A DNA stretch of 64,000 nucleotides from Anaeromyxobacteraceae bacterium (GTDB lineage Bacteria; Myxococcota; Myxococcia; Myxococcales; Anaeromyxobacteraceae). The position numbers and the translations under genes are program-made. Positions 45,389 through 52,490 of this stretch are shown piece after piece; positions within the stretch are counted from its first letter, which is position 1, and the number at the start of each line of letters is the position of its first letter. The DNA lies in assembly GCA_035762305.1 (NCBI GenBank), contig DASTPH010000096.1:984-64983 (forward strand), given 5' to 3'. The notes beneath the pieces are model-generated. The model had not been told where the DNA came from and ran no database searches. It was given only the letters and a program-made list of their open reading frames with translations.

Positions 45389-46798
45389 TCAGACGGCCCG
45401 GCGCACCAGGGTGTCGTAGCTCTGGGCGATCTTGCTGGCCAGGATGAGCAGCTCGCCGACGTCGGAGGCGTCGACCACGCCTCCCCGGCCGTTGTCGAGG
45501 TAGAGCACGTTCACCACTCGTCCCAGGGCGAGGATGGGGAGCACGAAGGCGTTGCGCGGGACGGCGCCGCCGAGCCCCTCGAGGAAGCGCAGGTTCTGCT
45601 CGGTCTTCTGCAGCGGGCCCAGGAAGTGGGCCTGGCTCCGGACCACCGTCTCCAGCACCCCCGGGCCGGAGAGGCCCAGCTGCACCCGGCGCACCGCCTG
45701 GAGGTCGAGCCCCTCGCCGAGCCCCTTCCATCCGGCGGCGGCCCCGCCCCGCACCGTGAGCAGCACCGCCCGGCTGAAGCGGGTGCGGGCGTAGCGCAAC
45801 ACGGTCTGGGCGATGGCCTCTCGATCGGCGACTCCCTCGAGGAAGCGGACCGCCTCCTGGAAGCCCAGCGGACTGGGATCGGGGATCGGCTCCGGCGGCA
45901 AGGGCTCTGGAGGCGTGAAGCTCGGGCGCGGCGCGTGTCCGGCCGACTCCTGGCTCAGGGCTTCCAGCACCGCCTCCCGCGCCCGCGCCGGCTGGACGAG
46001 GTCGGTGAGGTCCAGCGCCGCTCCCGCGGGCGGCGGCGCCGCGGCCGGAGGGGGCGCCGGCGGCGCCGGGGCGGCGGGGGCGGATCGGGCGGCTCCCGGC
46101 GGCGCGTGGCCTGCCGGGGGAGCCGCGGCGGGTGGGCCGGTAGCGGGTGGACCGGCGCCCGGGACGGCAGCCGGCGCAGGGGCGGCCGCCGGCGGCGCGG
46201 CGGCCTGGGGAGCACGCGCCCGGGCGGGCGCTCCCGCGTCGAGCCGTCCGTAGAGCGACTCGAACTCGGCCTCGTCCATGAGGTCCTGCCCGAGGGGCTG
46301 CCGACCGGCGGCTGGCTCGGGAGCCGGCCTGGCCCTCCGCGACTCCGGGTCGGGGAGGTCCAGGCCCCGCAGCTGCCGCTCGATCCGGAAGAAGCGGCGC
46401 ATGAGGGCCCACAGGCGCGACTCGGGGACCACGATGGGGTGGATGCGCCGGCCGGTGGCGAAGGCCAGCTCGTCGAGCACCGCCAGGTCGTCGGGGTTGC
46501 ACACCAGCACCGCCAGCTTCCGGTCCTGGGCCAGGTAGGGAACCGCCTCGAGCCGGTCCACCAGCTGCGGGTCGAGGAGGTCCCTCAGCCGCGGGTCGAT
46601 GCGCAGGTCGCCGAACAGGCAGGGGCGGCCGTAGCGCCGGCCCAGCCCGCGGGCCAGCTCCTCCTCGGTGATGGAGCCTAACTCGAGCAGGTTCGTGCCC
46701 AGCCGGCCGCCGAAGATGACCTGGTTCTCGAGCCCCTGGCGCACCTCGGCCTCGGTGCAGGCCTCGAGCTCCACCAGGATCTCACCGATCCGCGGCAC
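45389..46798 (-). CDS. T2SSE_N (GspE/MshE N-terminal-like) domain protein with Pro/Ala-rich linker and GAF-like C-terminal domain
   Basis: RIGEILVELEACTEAEVRQGLENQ....LGTNLLELGSITEEELARGL and LLDPQLVDRLEAVPYL. About 120-aa P/A low-complexity region. GTG start overlaps the upstream stop by 1 nt. Confidence 0.7.
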   Translation of the reverse strand: MPRIGEILVELEACTEAEVRQGLENQVIFGGRLGTNLLELGSITEEELARGLGRRYGRPCLFGDLRIDPRLRDLLDPQLVDRLEAVPYLAQDRKLAVLVCNPDDLAVLDELAFATGRRIHPIVVPESRLWALMRRFFRIERQLRGLDLPDPESRRARPAPEPAAGRQPLGQDLMDEAEFESLYGRLDAGAPARARAPQAAAPPAAAPAPAAVPGAGPPATGPPAAAPPAGHAPPGAARSAPAAPAPPAPPPAAAPPPAGAALDLTDLVQPARAREAVLEALSQESAGHAPRPSFTPPEPLPPEPIPDPSPLGFQEAVRFLEGVADREAIAQTVLRYARTRFSRAVLLTVRGGAAAGWKGLGEGLDLQAVRRVQLGLSGPGVLETVVRSQAHFLGPLQKTEQNLRFLEGLGGAVPRNAFVLPILALGRVVNVLYLDNGRGGVVDASDVGELLILASKIAQSYDTLVRRAV

Positions 46799-48435
46799 TA
46801 CCGCCCTCCCCCGGCGGTGCGGGGCTGGCCAGGCAGGGCCACCGTCCCCAGGTCCACCGTGGCGCCGGCCGCCACCGCCACCTTGATCTCCACCGGCGGG
46901 GCCTCGGGCTGCCCAGGGGGGCGGACCACCACCAGGTAGGTGCCGGGCGCGAGGCGCGCCTCGAAGGAGCCGTCCGGCCCCACCGGGACCGAGCGCCGGC
47001 TGCGCCCCACCGTGACCGCCGCGCCGGGCGCGGGTCGCCCGTTCTCAGTGACCCGGCCGCGCAGGAGGCCCACCCCGGCCACCGCCTCGCGGGGCGGCGC
47101 CGGCAGGGACCAGCGGACGAAGCGCACCTCGGCGGCGTCGGACTGCATCTGCACCACCGAGCCGTCCGGGGCGATGGCGAACTCCCGGAACTCGAAGCGC
47201 CGGTCGCCCGGCGGAATGCTCTGGGAGCCGGTGAGCGCCCCCTGCGGCGTGACCGAGAGGAGCAGCACCTCCCCCTGCGGCGCCCGCTCGTCCGGGCCCT
47301 CGGCCCGGTCCACCGCCACCACCACCTCGCCGCGGCGGTTCACCCCCACCAGCCGCACCCGGGAGATGGGGACGCGCGAGTGGAGCTGGACCCCGCGCAG
47401 CAGGCGCCCCGAGGCGGTGAAGAAGCGCAGCGAAGCGACCCATCGACCGGAGCGCTCGGCCTGCAGGTGGAGCTCCCCCACCGGCAGCCCGGGCAGCGGC
47501 CCTTCGGCCTTGAGGCCGCTCCAGCCCAGGTCGGCCCGGACCGCTTGGCCGTTCTGCATGAGGAAGAGGGGACGGGGCCGCCCCGCGAAGAGGAAGTCCA
47601 CGCCGCGGAAGGAGGGTGGCAGGGCGCCCTGGAGCAAGAGCCGCCCGGCGGAGTCGTACTGCGAGAGGAAGGGCTGCTCGCCGCCCGTGAAGACCAGGAC
47701 CTGTCCGTCGTCGCCGACCGCCAGGTCGGCCTCCACCTCGGCCCCGCCTCCGGGGCGGACCAGCGGGAAGGCGGCCGCCGGCCTCCCCTTGGGATCGAAG
47801 CGCTGGATCCGCCCGTTCAGGGCGTCGAGCACGTAGAGCGAGCCCATGGGCCCCACCGCGAAGCTGGGCGGGCCCAGGGCGTCCTCGTCGTCGCGGGCCG
47901 GGTTTCCCTGCAGGCCGAACTGCCCGGGCGCGGTGCCGGGAGAGCCCCGCACCCACATCTGCTCGCGGCCCGGGACCGCCGGGGAGATGGCCGAGCCCGG
48001 CAGCTCCAGCTGGGGAGCGTCGGGCGCCACCGCCACCAGCTGCTCCTCGGCGGGGCCACCCGCCCTCGCCACCGGGTCGCAGCTGGGCGGCGGCTCCTCC
48101 GGCCACAGGTCCACCGCGCCCAGGTCGCGCGCCTGCCCCAGCGCCACCGCCACCTCGTCCACCCGCTGGTCGGCCACCAGGTTCGGCCCGCGGAAGGCCA
48201 GCGAGTAGGTGCCGGGAGGGAGGACCAGCCTGAAGCGCCCCTCGGCGTCGGAGGTCGCGACCGCGTCCCGGCCCATGACCATCACGGTGGCTCCCGCCAC
48301 CGGGTTCTGGCAGCCCTTGTAGCGCAGCGATCCGGTGACCACCGCGGAGTTGCGCGGCCCGGTCGGCTTGGGCTTGGTGGCGGGCTTGTCGCCGCCAAGA
48401 GCCAGGGCGGCCAGGAGGAGCGCGGCGGCGTGCAC
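46798..48435 (-). CDS. Secreted protein with CarboxypepD_reg-like domains at both ends flanking a probable beta-propeller
   Basis: GSLRYKGCQNPVAGATVMVMGRDAVATSDAEGRFRLVLPPGTYSL and GRVTENGRPAPGAAVTVGRSRRSVPVGPDGSFEARLAPGTYLV. Confidence 0.65.
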   Translation of the reverse strand: MHAAALLLAALALGGDKPATKPKPTGPRNSAVVTGSLRYKGCQNPVAGATVMVMGRDAVATSDAEGRFRLVLPPGTYSLAFRGPNLVADQRVDEVAVALGQARDLGAVDLWPEEPPPSCDPVARAGGPAEEQLVAVAPDAPQLELPGSAISPAVPGREQMWVRGSPGTAPGQFGLQGNPARDDEDALGPPSFAVGPMGSLYVLDALNGRIQRFDPKGRPAAAFPLVRPGGGAEVEADLAVGDDGQVLVFTGGEQPFLSQYDSAGRLLLQGALPPSFRGVDFLFAGRPRPLFLMQNGQAVRADLGWSGLKAEGPLPGLPVGELHLQAERSGRWVASLRFFTASGRLLRGVQLHSRVPISRVRLVGVNRRGEVVVAVDRAEGPDERAPQGEVLLLSVTPQGALTGSQSIPPGDRRFEFREFAIAPDGSVVQMQSDAAEVRFVRWSLPAPPREAVAGVGLLRGRVTENGRPAPGAAVTVGRSRRSVPVGPDGSFEARLAPGTYLVVVRPPGQPEAPPVEIKVAVAAGATVDLGTVALPGQPRTAGGGR

Positions 48436-48484
48436 GGGGGCCCATCATACAACGACCTCGCCCTGCCGCTTTGAGACCGCACGC

Positions 48485-48538
48485 CGACCCCGACCTCGAC
48501 CTCGACCGCGACCCCGACCGCGACCCCGACCTCGACCG
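48485..48538. repeat. (CGACCN)9 perfect hexamer-periodic tract
   Basis: cgaccc cgacct cgacct cgaccg cgaccc cgaccg cgaccc cgacct cgaccg. Confidence 0.85.
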
Positions 48539-48863
48539 GGATGCCCTCTCCCCCTGGGAGAGGGCACTCGGAGTCCTCGGAAACGATGGAGGGTGAGGGC
48601 TCGACCGCGACCCTCGGGCAGCCGCCGCGCCGGCCTTCTCGGCCGTCACGTCGGCTGCATCGCTTGGTTCGCCATCGAACTCGACGTCGCGGTCATGGTC
48701 GTGGTCGCGGCCGTCCCATCTCCTCCACCGAAACCTCCCTCCCCTTCCAGCGCCTCGACGTCTACCTCGCCGCCCGGGAGCTCGCCCGCCTGGTCCACCT
48801 CGCCGGCATCCGCGACGCCGAGCTCCGTGACCAGGCCACAAGGGCCGGCCCAGCGATGCGCCG

Positions 48864-48926
48864 GTAGGGCGGGGGCTCGTCCCCCGCCGGGAGCACATGG
48901 CGGCGGGGCACAAGGCCCCGCCCTAC
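48864..48926. repeat. Palindromic GTAGGGCGGGG unit inserted in the four-helix-bundle pseudogene
   Basis: gtagggcgggg (48864-48874) and ccccgccctac (48916-48926). Its first 21 nt are the exact reverse complement of 17701-17721. Confidence 0.75.
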
Positions 48927-49056
48927 GCCTCGGCCTTCACGAGACCCTGGCCGCGCTGGACCTCGCCGCCGCCGTGGGCGCCCTCGGCAAGGGCGAAGCC
49001 GCGGCGATGCAGGCTCTGGGCCTGCGGTTCAAGCGCATGCTCCGCGCACTCCGCCG

Positions 49057-49545
49057 CTAGCGCACCAGGCCGGTGAGCAGCGCTACCAGGCGGTCGGCGA
49101 GGCGCTCCACCTCGCGGGCCGCCACTGGCCGGACATCGCCGCACAGGGCGGCGATCTCCACCGCCGCGGCGGCCTCGACCGCCTCGCCGCGGGCGATGGT
49201 GAAGGCCCGTGCCTTGTCGGCCCGCGAGACCCTACCCGCGCCCTCGGCGCAGTTGAGCGCCGCGCTCTTGGCGGAACGGAGCGCTTCGTCGCGGAGCTTG
49301 CCATCACGGATCTCGGCGGCACGGACGGCGAGCAGGAGGTCGCGGGCGACCGTGTAGGCGACGAGCTTGTGGTGGGGGAGGCGGATGCGGCCGGGGCTTC
49401 GGTCGAGGTCGGGGCTGCGGTCGGGGTCGTGTTCGCGGTCGGGGCAAGGGTCGTGGTCGCGGTCGAGTTCGCGGTCGTGGACGAGGATGGGGTCGTGGCC
49501 GGGGCCGCCGTCGAGTTCGGGATTGCGGAAGAGGTTGTCGTTCAT
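49057..49545 (-). CDS. Four-helix-bundle protein (23S rRNA intervening-sequence protein family) with Asp/Pro/Arg-rich N-terminus
   Basis: HHKLVAYTVARDLLLAV....LRDEALRSAKSAALNCAEGAGRVSRADKARAFTIARGEAVEAAAAVEIA. RBS AAGGAG before ATG 49545. Its stop overlaps the pseudogene stop (CTAG). Confidence 0.8.
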   Translation of the reverse strand: MNDNLFRNPELDGGPGHDPILVHDRELDRDHDPCPDREHDPDRSPDLDRSPGRIRLPHHKLVAYTVARDLLLAVRAAEIRDGKLRDEALRSAKSAALNCAEGAGRVSRADKARAFTIARGEAVEAAAAVEIAALCGDVRPVAAREVERLADRLVALLTGLVR

Positions 49546-49592
49546 CGGTCGTCTCCTTTCACCCGACCGGAAGGAGACGACCGATGAACGAC
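49537..49592. repeat. 22-bp perfect inverted repeat (12-nt spacer) spanning the RBS and ATG of the four-helix-bundle gene
   Basis: gtcgttcatcggtcgtctcctt (49537-49558) and aaggagacgaccgatgaacgac (49571-49592). Confidence 0.85.
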
Positions 49593-49667
49593 TCCTCGAC
49601 CCGTGCGCGAGGACCCCAGCCGATGCAGGCGCAGTGACGGGCGAAGCCCGGCACGAGCCTGCCACCC

Positions 49668-49769
49668 CGACCGCGACCCCGACCCCGGCCGCGACCCCGA
49701 CCGCGACCTCGACCTCGACCCCGACCGCGAGCTCGACCTCGACCCCGACCGCGACCCCGACCTCGACCG
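49668..49769. repeat. (CGACCN)17 hexamer-periodic tract, inverted relative to (NGGTCG)17 at 49400-49501
   Basis: 15 of 17 units match CGACCN. The mirror tract lies inside the four-helix-bundle CDS and encodes DRELDRDHDPCPDREHDPDRSPDLDRSPG. Confidence 0.8.
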
Positions 49770-49780
49770 CGGCAGTTGGC

Positions 49781-51190
49781 CTACGCCCTCCCCGGCCCGG
49801 TCAGCTTTCGCACGTCGAGGATCCGCCTCGCCTCCGCGGGCCGGAGCCCGCCCATCTCCACCGCCAGATCCAGGACGGACCGCCCGCTGGCCATCGAGGC
49901 CTTGACGATCTCCGCCGCGCGGGCGTAGCCCAGCCGCGGCGCCAGGGCCGTGGCCAGGCTCACCGTGCGCTCGGCGTAGAAGCGGCAGCGGGCCTCGTCG
50001 GCCTCGAGCCCCCGGGCGCAGCGCTCGTCGAAAGCCCGCACCGCGTTGGCCAGGATCTGCATCATGTGGCACAGGTCGAAGGCCACCAGGGGCATCATCA
50101 CGTTCAGCTCCAGCTGGCCGCCCGCGGTCGCCGCCGCCACCGCCGCGTCGAGCCCCAGCACCTGGTAGCTCGCCATGGCCAGCATCTCGGCCATGGAAGG
50201 GTTCACCTTCCCCGGCATGATGGAGGAGCCCGGCTGCACCGGCGGCAGGCGCAGCTCGGCCAGGCCGGTGTTGGGGCCCGAGCCGAGCAGCCGCACGTCC
50301 CCGCCGATGCGGAGGAGCTCCAGCGCCGCCGCCCGGAGCGCGCCGGAGAGGGCAGCGAAGGGAGCCAGCGACTGCATGGCGTAGAAGGGGTTCGGCGCCG
50401 CCCGGAGCTCGAGCCCGGTGAGGCGGGACAGCTCCTTCACCACCATGGCCCGGTAGCGCGGGTGGGCGTTCAAGCCCGTGCCCACCGCCGTGCCGCCGAT
50501 GCCGAGCGCGGCCAGCTCCGGCATGGCCCCGCGCAGGCGCGCCGCCGCCGCCGAGAGCGCCTCCGCCCACCCCGACACTTCCTGGCCCAGCCGGATGGGC
50601 GTCGCGTCCATGAGGTGGGTGCGCCCCGACTTGACGATGCGGTCCCAGGCGCGGGCCTTGCCGCCGAAGGTGCGCGAGAGCGCCTGGAGGGCGTCGCCCA
50701 CCTCGGGCCCGAGCCGGAGCGCCGAGAGGCGCATGGCGGTCGGGACCACGTCGTTGGTGGACTGGGCCATGTTGACGTGGTCGTTGGCGTCCACCAGCGC
50801 CTTGTCGCCGCGGCGCCCGCCGAGCAGCTCGGCGGCGCGGTTCGCCAGCACCTCGTTCACGTTCATGTTGTGGGAGGTGCCGGCCCCGGCCTGGTAGACG
50901 TCGACCACGAACTGGTCGCGCCAGCGCCCGGCCAGCACCTCCCCGCCCGCCCGCGCGATGGCGCGGGCGATGCGGCGGGGCAGGAGCCCCAGGCGGGCGT
51001 TGACCCGCGCCGCGGCCAGCTTCACGCGGACGGTGGCGTCCACGAAGGCCGGATGCGCGCGGAGGCCGGAGATGGGGAAGTTCACGACCGCCCGCGCCGT
51101 CTGGGCGCCGTAGAGGGCGTCGGCGGGGACCTCCATGGTCCCCATGGTGTCCCGCTCGATGCGGGTGCGGGGCCTGCGGGTCCTGGCCAT
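49781..51190 (-). CDS. Class II fumarase/aspartase-family lyase (aspartate ammonia-lyase-like)
   Basis: Signature GSSIMPGKVNP. N-terminus IERDTMGTMEVPADALYGAQTARAVVNFPISG is more AspA-like than FumC-like. Confidence 0.85.
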   Translation of the reverse strand: MARTRRPRTRIERDTMGTMEVPADALYGAQTARAVVNFPISGLRAHPAFVDATVRVKLAAARVNARLGLLPRRIARAIARAGGEVLAGRWRDQFVVDVYQAGAGTSHNMNVNEVLANRAAELLGGRRGDKALVDANDHVNMAQSTNDVVPTAMRLSALRLGPEVGDALQALSRTFGGKARAWDRIVKSGRTHLMDATPIRLGQEVSGWAEALSAAAARLRGAMPELAALGIGGTAVGTGLNAHPRYRAMVVKELSRLTGLELRAAPNPFYAMQSLAPFAALSGALRAAALELLRIGGDVRLLGSGPNTGLAELRLPPVQPGSSIMPGKVNPSMAEMLAMASYQVLGLDAAVAAATAGGQLELNVMMPLVAFDLCHMMQILANAVRAFDERCARGLEADEARCRFYAERTVSLATALAPRLGYARAAEIVKASMASGRSVLDLAVEMGGLRPAEARRILDVRKLTGPGRA

Positions 51191-51268
51191 GGCTGCCTCC
51201 CCTGCGGGAGGAACATAGGCCGGGAAAGGCGCCGCCGCGACACCTCGCGGACGTCCGGCGCTGGAACG

Positions 51269-51589
51269 TCACTCCAGGTCGACTTCGCCGGCCCTGGCCC
51301 CGTCCTCGACCACGTAGTAGACGCGCACCTTCTCGTTGGGCTGGAGGCGGGCGATGCCCCCCGCGGGCTTGCCGTCCTTCTCGAAGACCTGCGTTTCCGG
51401 CCCGGCCTTGTAGGTCACCACCCCGGCCGGAGTGGTGATCCGCAGCACGCCCTTCTGGCCGTCGGCCGCGAGGACCGTGCCGGTGTCGCACTTGGTCCGC
51501 TCGGTCGGGACCAGCAAGCGCGGCGCCGGGTACGGCAGGGAGGCGTCGGCGGCGAGGGCGAGGGCGGCCAGGGCGGCGGCGGGGATCAT
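51269..51589 (-). CDS. Small secreted hypothetical protein
   Basis: RBS GGAGGAG before ATG 51589. Signal peptide MIPAAALAALALAADA. 106 aa. Confidence 0.55.
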   Translation of the reverse strand: MIPAAALAALALAADASLPYPAPRLLVPTERTKCDTGTVLAADGQKGVLRITTPAGVVTYKAGPETQVFEKDGKPAGGIARLQPNEKVRVYYVVEDGARAGEVDLE

Positions 51590-51711
51590 GGCTCCTCCGA
51601 TCCTCGAAGTATGGCGCCAACCGGACCCGCGGGGAAGCATCCGGCGCCGGGCCGGGGGCGCTCGCCGATCGCCGCCTGGAGCCGCCGGATCCACGCGGGC
51701 CGGCGCGACCA

Positions 51712-52383
51712 TCAGGGTCCGAGCCGGGCGGCCAGGCGCCGGAAGGCGATCTCGGTCTTGGCGTCCTCGATCTCCCCGGACTCGCAGGCGCGGATGGCGG
51801 CGCGGAGCTCCCGCCAGCGCAGGAAGGCCCCCTCCTCCAGCGGCGAGCCGTCGCCGTGCTCCGGCGCCGGGAGCTCGTCCGGCCCGGCCTTCTCCACCTC
51901 GGCGGCCAATAGATGAATCTTCTCCGAGGCGATGCCCGGGACCACGAAGAAGGGGCCGCCCAGCGGCTCGAGGCGCGCCGGCTCCACCGCGAGCCCGGCC
52001 TCCTCGCGGACCTCGTCGGCGCCGCGCCGCCTCAGGGCCTCGGGGCCGCGCTCCCCGGGCTCGACCACGCCGGCCACCAGCTCCTCCAGCAACAAGTATT
52101 CGGGCTCGGGGAGCGCCGCCGCCTGCCCGCGCCGGAAGTAGGCCGCCGGCCGCAGGCTCCTCCGGGTCAGCACCTCCACCCCTCGCGCGGTCCGCGCCCA
52201 CAGGCACACCGCCACCGCGTCCAGCGTGGGGCGGTCGATGACGTCGATGGGGTACTCGCGGGAGCGGGAGCCGTCGGCGCGGCGGTTCGCCGCCGTGTAG
52301 CGCTTGAGCCGGAGGAATCCCTCGTCACAGCGGGAGGCGGCGGTGCGGTCCAGGACGATCTCGATGGCGGTGACGCGGGGCAT
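51712..52383 (-). CDS. NUDIX-family hydrolase-like protein
   Basis: Nudix-box-like GVVEPGERGPEALRRRGADEVREEAGL. 223 aa. Sits between the small secreted protein gene (51269-51589) and acnB. Confidence 0.6.
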   Translation of the reverse strand: MPRVTAIEIVLDRTAASRCDEGFLRLKRYTAANRRADGSRSREYPIDVIDRPTLDAVAVCLWARTARGVEVLTRRSLRPAAYFRRGQAAALPEPEYLLLEELVAGVVEPGERGPEALRRRGADEVREEAGLAVEPARLEPLGGPFFVVPGIASEKIHLLAAEVEKAGPDELPAPEHGDGSPLEEGAFLRWRELRAAIRACESGEIEDAKTEIAFRRLAARLGP

Positions 52384-52490
52384 GCCGGTCCAATAGACGC
52401 GGGACGGGACGGGGGCAAGGCCCCGGGGACGGCGGGGGCCGCCCCCAGGCGGAGGCGGCCCCGGAGGTCGCGCGGCGGAGACGGCCCCCT

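Larger units (their letters stand above)
48446..49060 (+). pseudogene. Disrupted four-helix-bundle (23S rRNA IVS-type) protein gene
   Basis: N-terminal piece LPFQRLDVYLAARELARLVHLAGIRDAELRDQATRA (frame of 48541..48867) and C-terminal piece LDLAAAVGALGKGEAAAMQALGLRFKRMLRALRR (frame of 48335..49060) are in different frames. They are separated by the 63-bp palindromic unit at 48864-48926. The ATG is degraded. Confidence 0.6.

Noticed and set aside
49583-49636. 18-codon plus-strand ORF (MNDSSTRARGPQPMQAQ) with a perfect RBS
   Set aside because: Its RBS and ATG exist only because they mirror the real gene start in the 22-bp palindrome. The ORF is short and unconserved-looking, and is interpreted as the remnant of an inverted duplication.
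48485-49769. CRISPR array
   Set aside because: The repeats here are 6-nt periodic microsatellites and short palindromes, not 24-40-bp direct repeats separated by unique spacers. No cas genes are in the window.
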